This document shows positions 25,727 to 36,394 of a stretch of DNA of 64,000 bases, in pieces. The first letter of the stretch is position 1. Every line of letters starts with the position of its first letter. The position numbers were made by a program, and so were the translations under genes. The stretch comes from Macrostomum lignano (taxonomy: Eukaryota). A model generated the notes under the pieces. The model was given only the letters and a program-made list of their open reading frames with translations, was not told the origin of the DNA and ran no database searches. The stretch spans positions 24,977 to 88,976 of the forward strand of contig NIVC01003594.1 in assembly GCA_002269645.1 (NCBI GenBank), given 5' to 3'.

Positions 25727-27520
25727 ATGGCAAATGCAGACGCAGACGAGGATTCTTTATCTGTGATCGAGCTGCTTACTTGCTCCATATGCAACTGTGT
25801 TGTATCCGATCCTAGGTTTCTTCCTTGCACTCACTCTGTGTGTCTCAGCTGTGTGGATTCTATCAGAAATACCATAGACTGGTGCACTGGCAGCTGTGCT
25901 GTCTGCCAGCACAAACTTCAACTGCCTTTTAGTTCGTCTCAGCTAGGTCGCGATCTCGCCAAATCTCAGCTGGCCAAAACAGTTAAGATCAATAAAAAGA
26001 ACAGACAGCCCCTCTGCTCAGCTCCTGACTGCCAGAATGCGTGGAAGGCCGTGTCAGCCTTGTCGAGCCGAGCCATGTGCGAGCAGCATCTGCAGGCGGA
26101 GCTGGACCGGCTGGCTGCAGAGGTGGCCTCACTGAGAGAGCCGGTCGCGGCTGCACTGGCGCCAGCAAGCCGTCTCTCAGGAATTTGTGGTCGAGCGGCA
26201 GAGAAGAAGCAGAGTCTGGAGGCCACGCAGCGAGAGGTGGAGTCGAAGTTCGAGAGACTTCGAGAGCAGCTCGAGGACGCAGAGACGCTGGCGTTGAAGG
26301 CAGTTCGGATCGACATTGAGAGGAGCTCGAGCTGCAGTGAGAGTGCAGAGTCGATTCGAGCTCAGCTGGAGCAGTTTCAGAGTATGGGTGAGAGCTGGTC
26401 GGACTTGCAGACTGCAGGCAGTCAAGGTGCAGTGCAGCTGGTCGATGAGACGAAGAGAGCACTGCGTCAGCTTGAGCACCTTGACAACTCGTTTGCGACA
26501 GTCTCTGATGTAGTGAACTCTGCGTCTGAGAGTTTAGTTAGCAGCTTAAAGCCTGAATTAGAAAAATTGTCCGCTAAACTCGAGAATCTTGTTGATCGAA
26601 CGGTTTCGTGCCGGCGTGTCTTGTCGCTTGAAGAATCAAAGTCCGTTAAACTGCAGAGCACACCTGACTTTGTGACTCTGTTATCGGACTGCAAGTTGAT
26701 TTTGGACAAAAATTCGTGTTTCCGTGCTATCCCCGAGAAGGGTAAAATTCCTGCTGGAGCTGTGGAAATTCGTGGCTCAGTTTTGTGTTTTCTATATCGA
26801 ACAATAGAAGCTGAGCCAACGGTGCAGTTGTTTTCATTTCCGAGTTGTGACATTATTTTAGGAGGATGTTTCAAGATTCCGTGTTACGATCAGAGGGGCT
26901 ATCCGATTTTTAAAAAATTTGAAGTGGAAGCGTTTCTTGGTGTTTCTTCAAAGAGCGTTTTTATTTTAGCTATCGTGGATCGGATTGTTAGTTTTTCTAT
27001 CGGAGGCGAGTTCTTAAAACGCATCCGAACTAAGAATTCGTCATTGTGGTCATTTTGTTCCAAGTCAGAGCTGCTGATCATTTTTTCACCAGATCATGGC
27101 ATTGGCTTGTATGATTCGGAGCTGCAGATTATGAAATTCATTTCCGTTTCGGATTTGTCGTGTCCTTCGGTCTTGTCAATGTGCCCGCAGTTTATCCTGG
27201 CAGACTTGGGTGATGGGCAGGTGTCAAGAATCGACGTTAGCAACCGCAGCGTGACCACACTGGCACAGTGCAAGCACCTGAGAGCTCAACTTCAACGCGC
27301 CAGTGTTATTTGTGAGGCTGAAAGCAAAATGTGCTTTGTACGCGGTGCAAAGTCAATCTTTGTGATGAACGAACAATTTGGTTTAGTTGAAACACTGAAA
27401 ATAAAACCTGCGCTACCAGGCGGCTTCTTCAAGGTCCGCATCTCAAACATGGATTATCTTGTCGTGTGCAGCGCTGCCGGAAAGTCCGTTGACTTTATCT
27501 CAATTAATAACTATGAGTAG
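25727..27520 (+). CDS. TRIM-like protein A (597 aa, intronless): C3HC4 RING, degenerate B-box, coiled coil, beta-rich C-terminal domain
   Basis: RING CSIC..CTHSVCLSC..CAVC; CSAPDC..CEQH; heptad-rich segment; uninterrupted ORF. Confidence 0.88.
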   Translation: MANADADEDSLSVIELLTCSICNCVVSDPRFLPCTHSVCLSCVDSIRNTIDWCTGSCAVCQHKLQLPFSSSQLGRDLAKSQLAKTVKINKKNRQPLCSAPDCQNAWKAVSALSSRAMCEQHLQAELDRLAAEVASLREPVAAALAPASRLSGICGRAAEKKQSLEATQREVESKFERLREQLEDAETLALKAVRIDIERSSSCSESAESIRAQLEQFQSMGESWSDLQTAGSQGAVQLVDETKRALRQLEHLDNSFATVSDVVNSASESLVSSLKPELEKLSAKLENLVDRTVSCRRVLSLEESKSVKLQSTPDFVTLLSDCKLILDKNSCFRAIPEKGKIPAGAVEIRGSVLCFLYRTIEAEPTVQLFSFPSCDIILGGCFKIPCYDQRGYPIFKKFEVEAFLGVSSKSVFILAIVDRIVSFSIGGEFLKRIRTKNSSLWSFCSKSELLIIFSPDHGIGLYDSELQIMKFISVSDLSCPSVLSMCPQFILADLGDGQVSRIDVSNRSVTTLAQCKHLRAQLQRASVICEAESKMCFVRGAKSIFVMNEQFGLVETLKIKPALPGGFFKVRISNMDYLVVCSAAGKSVDFISINNYE

Positions 27521-28165
27521 TGCGCTGTAGAATCAGCTTACTTTTGATGCTTATAAAATGTTTTGGTGCTTTTTATATGGTGTTTCATTGCACTGTCTGC
27601 TATTCTTAACGACCATAAAACTCGATCCATAAGTGGTAGGGTGGGGTTTCTTCCTAATGGACACATTCATTTCTGAACACAACAGTTGCTGTACAATTTG
27701 CTTGCTCTTAAGAGTGTCCTCTGATTTTAAAACTAATTCTAATTAAACTGTACGTGTTAGAAATATGAAGCATTAAGCTGAGACTGGTCTCGGTTTAAGC
27801 TTAGCTTAAGCCACATTTCGATCGAACTGGGGTGGGTGATGGAGGGACCATATTTACATAGCTTTTTCGTCTCATTAGTTGCCTGAACTGGCCCCGAGAT
27901 TTGCAGTCTATCTGGGGTAGAACAGATTGTAACAAAATGTGGCTCACATATGCATGTCAATTGCCAAGGTTTTTTCTTCCACTGTTGTACTCAAGTTTTT
28001 CCTTCTTTTCTGAATCTCTGTGAAGATTTTTATTTATTTATAACTTGTATTTTTTTATAATTTATTTTTTCGTATCCCTACAGTGTCTTCTATTTTTGTA
28101 CTGGCTATTTTTGCTTTTTATGAGATTTGCGCAAATAACCCTAGAGTTTTTTCCTTCATAACCAA

Positions 28166-28985
28166 CATAGGCGTAGGAACGGGGGGAGCCAGTGGGGCCA
28201 TGGCCCCCACTTTTTAAAATGGGGGGGGGCAATAATGGTATCTGGCCCCTCCACATTTTTAATGTAAAATGTAGACTTTTTGCTTACTTTTGGTTTTTGC
28301 TGCTTTGGATGAATGCATTTTTCTGCAAGGGCGACAAAACATAGCGCCTGCAGCGCTAAAATGAGTGCCTGCAGCGCTTTATAAAATGAGTGCTGACAAG
28401 ATGGGTTCCGAAAATAATCGGTACATGATAATGTGCATTTTCCATATAAAAAATCTAACTCGACGGGGCGTGCGCCCCCCCCCCTTCTAAATCCGTCACT
28501 GAACCTGCCCCCCCCCTTTAAATCCGTCACTGAACCTGCCCCCCCCCCTAAATCCGTCACTGAACCTGCCCCCCCCCTAAATCCGTCACTGAACCTGCCC
28601 CCCCCCCTAAATCCGTCACTGAACCTGCCCCCCCCCTAAATCCGTCACTGAACCTGCCCCCCCCTAAATCCGTCACTGAACCTGCCCCCCCCCTAAATCC
28701 GTCACTGAACCTGCCCCCCCCTAAATCCGTCACTGAACCTGCCCCCCCCCTAAATCCGTCACTGAACCTGCCCCCCCCCCCCCCCTAAATCCGTCACTGA
28801 ACCTGCCCCCCCCTAAATCCGTCACTGAACCTGCCCCCCCCCTAAATCCGTCACTGAACCTGCCCCCCCCCTAAATCCGTCACTGAACCTGCCCCCCCCC
28901 CCTAAATCCGTCACTGAACCTGCCCCCCCCTAAATCCGTCACTGAACCTGCCCCCCCCACTTTTTGAAACGTTCCTACGCCTATG
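28166..28985. mobile_element. Non-autonomous TIR element (hAT or P type) with an internal minisatellite of about 28 bp
   Basis: Perfect 16-bp TIR CATAGGCGTAGGAACG. 8-bp TSD ATAACCAA/TTAACCAA. The (C)nTAAATCCGTCACTGAACCTG array spans 28485-28960. Absent from paralogous TRIM flanks. Confidence 0.82.
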
Positions 28986-29254
28986 TTAACCAAGATTGTT
29001 CTGTATATCAGCCACAAATTTTTAATTTGGTATTATCTAGCATTTAATGAATACACAGGATTATTAATACATTTGCGCCTGTAAATTTTTAGCGATTTTA
29101 GCGTAATTTATTATTAATTTTGTTGTTGAACCGCGCCGTATTTGTGTGATTTCCTATGCTTTTACAGACAGGTTTACAAGTTATATTTTAGTTTTGTTAT
29201 CCAGCAAATATTCGTTAAAGGTCTTTGTCTTTGCTATTCCAGAAAACTTGGCAC

Positions 29255-29761
29255 CATAGATCTTATCTACACTAGATAGGCCACTCAGTAGCACCCAGCC
29301 AAACCATTGAATCTATAGGAAGCTTTCCAAGAAGCGGTATTTTCATCTAATTCTCAGTAGTTAGTGCGCATATTTGTCAGTAGCTGAAACGAGAATTAAA
29401 TGCTTTGTTTATTCAGCTGTGTCAGCGAAGACTTGAAATGCCATTGCATGAATACTGTGAGATTATAATCAGCAGAGTGCGTTTTCAGAGAAAGAAATCG
29501 TCTATGCATTTCTTCTGGGTCAGAAGGCTGTTGGAAAGCAGTGTAGATTTTAAAGAAAACTGAAAGAAGTTGGCGTAAAAAATTACTTTGCGTCATTTTA
29601 TTGCGATTAAATATATTTTTTCGGCCATGTCCATAGGCTACTGACAATTTGTTTTCAGCAGTGCAAGTGAACATGTTATCGTCCACGAGTCATTGTTGGG
29701 TGTCATTTTCTACACATTGACTGGATGGGGAGTGGCCTATCTAGTGTATATGAAATCTATT
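29255..29761. mobile_element. 507-bp TIR element (P or hAT type)
   Basis: 32-bp TIR with 4 mismatches (core TACACTAGATAGGCCACTC). 8-bp TSD CTTGGCAC/CTTAGCAC. Empty sites near 33590 and 35380. Confidence 0.78.
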
Positions 29762-30876
29762 CTTAGCACTAAAAACCCTAGAAGTGACCAATAGATAAAT
29801 ATAATTGGACGATGTGTTGTTAAGTCTGAAACCATTTCGCTGTGAATTCTTTCTAATGTTGACTTTTGCATTAAGGATGCCGCCTTAAAACATATTTATT
29901 CGATAGTTACATACGAGCGTATGTGTTAGAACACTATAAAGCCAGTTACCCCAGTATAATTTGCACTTTTCAATGATAAAATTGGCTGCCCTAGACAAGT
30001 AAAGTCCCAACTATGTTTTCCCGCAACTTTTCTTTTGACAATTTTTACTTTATATTTATAAATTTTATAACTCGAAAAAAAACTTTATAAAATGTTTGAA
30101 AAATTCCATTTTTGATATTAGTTTCACTGTTAATTTTTATTTTAAGACCCGTCAATATTTCGTTTAGCCTCTGTTGCACAACACAACAACAACAACAAAA
30201 TACGCTGTCATGATGGTAAAAGTCAGCGTCACACAGCACACAGCAAGTTCAATTTTAGTTATAAGTTAGTTTCAAACGGGAGTACCAAGTTTGCTTGTTG
30301 AATGGGTTCAGCTTCCGCTACACTCAACAAGCAGCTTGTCGAAGTTTCTTGCCGACTACAAAGGGGGTATCTTGTGGCCACAGATTCGTAGTTTATGAGG
30401 CTCGCAGGAGCAAGTTATTGGGTGAAGTGCTTTGCGGTAAAATAAGATGGCATCAGTAAATAAAATTGATGCTCTCTGTCGCCTATCGGTATCAGCGTTG
30501 CCATTCTCAACGACTCAATATGAATTCTAATTTAGCGTCAACGGCAAAGCAACGTTAAAAGTGCGTGGGAAACATTAAAAATAAGCAGGCACCCTATATG
30601 TATAGAAATATCCGTAGTGTTGTGGAATCTGTGTAACATACACTAGCAAACTTTAACAGGCAAGCTTCATACACCTTTTTTTGAAAATGTCTACTTAAGA
30701 TTTTTTCAAAACACAGCTGCGGTTTTAAGACAAGTTTTGCGGCTCTCAATTTAATAAATAATTTGCCAGAAGCTTATCTATTAAAGACGATAGGTTAATA
30801 ACTAGTCAGTGTCATTCTGTCAATCTTATATCCAAAGAGTTCAATCTTATCATATATTAATTACTTCATGCCAGCC

Positions 30877-32682
30877 ATGGCCACCGCCTCAGCAGACGCT
30901 TCAGGCGACAGTGCTCAGTCTGTGGAGCAGCTACTCACCTGCTCTGCGTGCTGCCGCATGGTCTCCGATCCCAGACTGTTGCCATGCTCACACTCTGTGT
31001 GTCTCAGCTGTGTGGACTCGCTCAGAGAAGCCACAGACCGGTGCACAGGCAGCTGCCCTGTCTGCCAGCAGAAAATTCAGCTGCCGAATAATTCTTCTGA
31101 GCTGAAGCGCGACATCACGAAGTGTCAGTTTGCCAAAGCGTTGAATATCACAGAGAAGAGCAGAGAGCTCTGCTCAGCTCCTGACTGCCAGAATGCATAG
31201 AAGGCCGTGTCAGCCTTGTCGAGCCGAGCCATGTGCGAGCAGCATCTGCAGGCGGAGCTGGACCGGCTGGCTGCAGAGGCGGCCTCACTGAGAGAGCCGG
31301 TCGCGGCTGCACTGGCGCCAGCAAGCCGTCTCTCAGGAATTTGTAGTCGAGCGGCAGAGAAGAAGCAGAGTCTGGAGGCCACGCAGCGAGAGGTGGAGTC
31401 GAAGTTCGAGAGACTTCGAGAGCAGCTCGAGGACGCAGAGACGCTGGCGTTGAAGGCAGTTCGGATCGACATTGAGAGAAGCTCGAGCTGCAGCGAGAGT
31501 GCAGAGTCGATTCGAGCTCAGCTGGAGCAGTTTCAGAGTATGGGTGAGAGCTGGTCGGACTTGCAGACTGCAGGAAGTCAAGGTGCAGTGCAGCTGGTCG
31601 ATGAGACGAAGAGAGCACTGCGTCAGCTTGAGCACCTTGACGACTCGTTTGCGACAGTCTCTGATCGGATCGAATCAACGGCTAAAAAGTTTGTTGCAAA
31701 TCTAACTTTGGAAGTTGAGAAGTTATCCATTGAGCTGGAAAAACTGGTTGATCAAACGGTTTCGTGCCGACGTGTGTTGTCGTTGAAAAAATCAAAGTCC
31801 GTTAAACTGCAGAGCGCACCTCAGTTTGTGACTCTGTTATCGGACTGCAAGCTGATGTTGGACAAGAACTCGTGTTTCACTTTCATCCCCTTTAACGATA
31901 AAATTCCTGCTGGAGCTGTAGCAATTCGTGGTTCGGTTTTGTGTTATCTATTTCAAACACAGTATTCTGAGCCAACTATGCACTTGTTTTCATTTCCTGG
32001 TTGTGACCTTATTTTAGGAGGATTTTTCAAAATTCCTTATTGGCATCAGGACAGCGCGCTATGGTCAGAAGATCCTGATTACATAGTTAAAGCATGTTTC
32101 GGTGTTTCTTCAAGAAGCGTTTTTATTTTGGCTTTCTCAGAAGCGATCGCTAGTTATTATGTCGGAGGCAAGCTTTTAAAACGCATCCAAACTAACCATT
32201 CGTCAATGTGGTCATTTTGTTCGAAGTCAGAGCAGCTACTCGTTTTTTCACGAAATCATGGCATGAGCTTGTATAATTCGGAGCTGCAGATTATGAAATT
32301 AATTCCGGTTTCGAATTTGTCGTGTCCTTCCGTATTGTCAATGTGCCCGCAGTTCATCCTGGCAGACTTGGGTGATGGACAGGTGTCAAGAATTGAGGTT
32401 AGCACCCGCAGCGTGACCATACTGGCACAGTGGAAACACCTGAGAGCTCAACTTCAAGGCGCCAGTGTTATTTGTGAAGCTAAAAGCAAATTGTGCTTTG
32501 TACGCGTTGAAAAGTCAATCTTTGTAATGAACGAACAATTTGATTTAGTTGAAACGCTGGAAATAAGAAATGTACGATCAGGCGGCTTCTTCAAGGTCCG
32601 CATCTCAAACGTGGATTATCTTGTCCTGTGCAGTGCTGCCGAAAAGTCCGTTGACTTTATCTCAATTAATAACTATGAGTAG
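30877..32682 (+). pseudogene. TRIM-like paralogue B with an in-frame TAG at 31198-31200
   Basis: Colinear with paralogue A. GCG TGG in A reads GCA TAG here; the frame is otherwise intact to 32682. Confidence 0.8.
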
Positions 32683-34070
32683 TGAGTAGTTTGCGGTAGG
32701 ATAACCTTGTTTTTCTGCTTACAAATGTGTTTTGGCGTTTCATTGCACTGTCTGCTATTCTCAACGACCATATAGAAGTGGACAAGTCACAGGAAAAAGT
32801 CGATCGATAAGTGGTAGATGGGGCTTCTTCCTATTGGACGCATTGGTTTCTGAACTAACAGTTCTGTTTAATTTACTTGCCTTTGCTTTTAAGGGTTTCG
32901 TATGGTTCTAAAACTAATTTGAATTAAAATGGACCTTTTAAAAAATGAAGCATAAAGCCGACACTGTCCTCGGCTTAAGCCCAGCTTATGCCAAATATCG
33001 ATCGAACTGAGGTGGGTGAAGGAGAGGCCATGTTCGCATAGCTTTTTGTCTCATTTCTTGACTGCAGTCTTCTCTGGAGTAGAGCATATTGTAACAAAAT
33101 GTGGCTCAATGTGCATACCAATTGCCAATGTTCATTTTCTTCCACTGTTTTACTCAAGTTTTTCCTTCCTTTTCCGAATCTTTGAAAGGGAAGTTTTTCA
33201 TTTATCCATAAGTTTTTGCAAATTTTTATATTTCCATTCTTTAGTGTCCTTACAGGCTTACAGTCAGTTCGATTTTTATACTATTTTTTGCTTTTTATAA
33301 GCATTGTGCAAATAATCCTTACAATTTGACTTCCATTTTCAATTGCGTTTTTTCTTACTTGACCAATATTGTATCTGTATATCTGCTACAAGTTTTAATT
33401 TTTTGTCTGATAATTATTACTTTTATTACCTGTCAATTTTAGCCATTTAAGCGTCATTTTTGTTGATTTTGTTGTTGAAACGCCCCATTTTGGAGTGATT
33501 TCCTATGCTTTTTCAAAAGCATTTACAAGTCATTTTAGTTGTGTTATCCAGCAAATATTCGTTAAAAGTCTTTGTCTTTGCTATGCTAAGAAACTTGGCA
33601 TTAGAAACTCCAGACTAGAAGTGACCGATGAGTTCGAGACTCGACGATGTGTTATTAACTCCGAGACCATGTTATTTTCTATATTTTGCGTTGGCAAAGT
33701 TCCAGTAGTTATAAGCTAGTTTCTAACGGGAGTACCACGTTTGCTTGCTGAGGCTTGCTTGTTGTATGTGTACAGCCTCCGCTACATTCAACAGACGGCT
33801 TGTCAAAGTTTTCTTACCGATTACTATGGGGATATCTTATGACCACGGATACCTAGTTTATAAGGCTTACAGGAGCTAATTATTGGGTGAAGTGCTATGC
33901 GGTATAAAAGGGTTGCATGAATGCATAAAATTGATGGACTCTTCCGCCTATTGGCGTTGCCATTCTTGACAAATCAGAGTAAATGCTAATTTAGCCGTCA
34001 ATCTTTCAGTTGATAAGAAGTGCATGGGAAACTTGATAATAAGCAGACACCCTGTAGGTATAGAAACGTC

Positions 34071-34286
34071 GTGTTGTTTGTGAAGCTGAAAGCAAATTGT
34101 GTTTTATACGCGGTGCAAAGTCAATCTTTGTGATGAACGAACAATTCGAATTGGTTGAAACACTGGAAATAAAAACTGCGCTACCAGGCGGCTTCTTCAA
34201 GGTCCGCATCTCAAACATGGATTATCTTGTCGTGTGCAGAGCTGCCGGAAACTGTTGACTTTATCTCAATTAATAACTACGAGTAG
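34071..34286 (+). pseudogene. Truncated TRIM-like remnant (last ~70 codons only)
   Basis: Matches the 3' end of paralogues A and B (CEAESK...ISINNYE*) with a small deletion near the end, followed by the homologous downstream flank. Confidence 0.85.
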
Positions 34287-36394
34287 TGCGCTTTAAGATC
34301 AGCTTGCTTTCTGCTTCTAAAAATGTTTTGTTGTTTCACTGTCTGCTATATTCACAGAATTTATAGAAGTAGACTGATGAAGAGAGGAAAAACTCGATCG
34401 ATATGTGGTATGTGGGGCTTCTCTCTATTGGACGCAATCATTTCTAAGCAGAACATGGCTGTACAACTTGTTTGGTTATGTTTTTGATGGCGTCATCAGA
34501 TTCCTGAAACAAATTCTACTTTGGATCAGCTACTTAGAAATATAAATAAAAGTTATGGATTTTCATTCAAAGGCATAAAATGCATTATTATTCAGTCGTT
34601 TTATAACCTGTAGAAATCTTACAGATTCAAGATACGCTCGTAGTTGCTATGTGCATTGTGCACTGCTTTACGCTCGTATCTAAGCTCTGTTCCTGTCTAA
34701 AGAAATGATAATAGTAGGTTCAGGCTGTCCTCTGCTTATAGCTTAGCTTATAGCATACCAAAAATCGATTGATTTTTACACAGCTATTTTTTGTCGTCAT
34801 TTACTGGGACTGGTCATCACCGAGGTTTGCCGTCTTTTTCAGAGGTAGAACATATTGTAACAAACTGTGGTTCACAGATCCATACCAATTTGCTATTTGC
34901 CAGGTTTATTTTATCACATTGTAGTTGTCTAGTCTTTTCCAGTCTTTTCTGAAGCTCCGTAAAAGAGAACTTTTTATTAATCCAATAATTTATTCTTATA
35001 TAATTACATTTTGTGTGAAAAATGTTACTATTTTTGGTACGGTGTGCTTTGTTTACCGGTAGAGCTTTGTGCAATAAATAAAAAAGTTTTTTTTTTCCTT
35101 TTTTCAGTAGAACTTTTTCCTACTTAACCACAATATATTTTTTACTATATCTGCCTCATTTAAAATTTGTTTTAATCAGATAATTAATACACTGGCTGAA
35201 TTATACTATTGTACTTGTTATTGTAGTTTTTATGAGATTATTTATTGTTTTTTTTTTGTTACACCGCCGTATTTGTGTGATTAACTAGATTTCTTCAAAA
35301 CAAACCACGAGTCATATTTAAGCTTTGTTATCCAGAAAATATTTGTTAAAGGTCTTTGTCTTTGCTATGCCAAGAAACTGGGCACTAGAAACTCTGGAAG
35401 TGAGCCGGCATGGTAAAGAGGATTCGGCAATGAGTTGTTGAATCTGAAACCAAGTCGCTATGAATTTTGGTTATTCTGACTTTTACGTCATGACACTGAC
35501 TTGAAATGCATGTATAGGAGTAGCTACACACGAGGGTAGAATGCTATAAAATACTCGTGCTTGATAAACCAGGAACGTGTCTGAAAAATGGCCTTTTTCT
35601 TGACAGATAATATAATATACTCTTATACTTTGTATATAATATTCAATAATAAACCTTTTTCAATCTGCTTTTTATCAGATTTTCGATGTTATTTGTCAAT
35701 TTAACAGCCGTCAATATTTTATGTAGGCTCATAGTTTGAGTCAGCAAACAAGTTCAAGTATAGTATAACTTATTATAGTTTTAGCTTCAGTACACTACTT
35801 TTGCTTGCTGAAGTTTGCTTGAATGTGTCCAGCTTCCACTGCACTCAACAGGCAGCTTGTCAATATTTTCTTGCCGATTACTAAGGGAATGTCTTGTGGC
35901 CACAGTTTTGTAGTTTATGAGGCTCATGGGAGCTAGTTATTGGGTGAAGTGCTATGCAGTATTTTTAGTGGTCTCTCTGTCACCTATTGGCGTTGCCATT
36001 TTTGACGAATCAAAATTGAATGCAAATTTCTGATAAATTGCGCATGCGCTACTTTATCGCCAGCAACAAAGCAACGGCTTTCAATGCTTCAGTAGGTAAG
36101 ATTAGCAATCTGCGCCCCCTCCGTTTGTGATTGATATGGGCAGTAATGTCTCAACGGTTGTGTGAGTAGGCTACTTCATCCAGAATACGTAGCTTACTCA
36201 CAGGTAATTGAAAAGATCCCAAATCATATGGGATTTAGTATGCAGGAAGAATAGCATCTGTAGGGCGTAAATGAGTGCCTTTCATTAGCCATGAGGCTGT
36301 GTTTTGTGAAGTAGGACTTACAAACCTGTGCTTTTTATTCACTCCAAATCGTACTATTTTTTGTTTAACTAATAAACCTTTCAGCAAACTGGCC

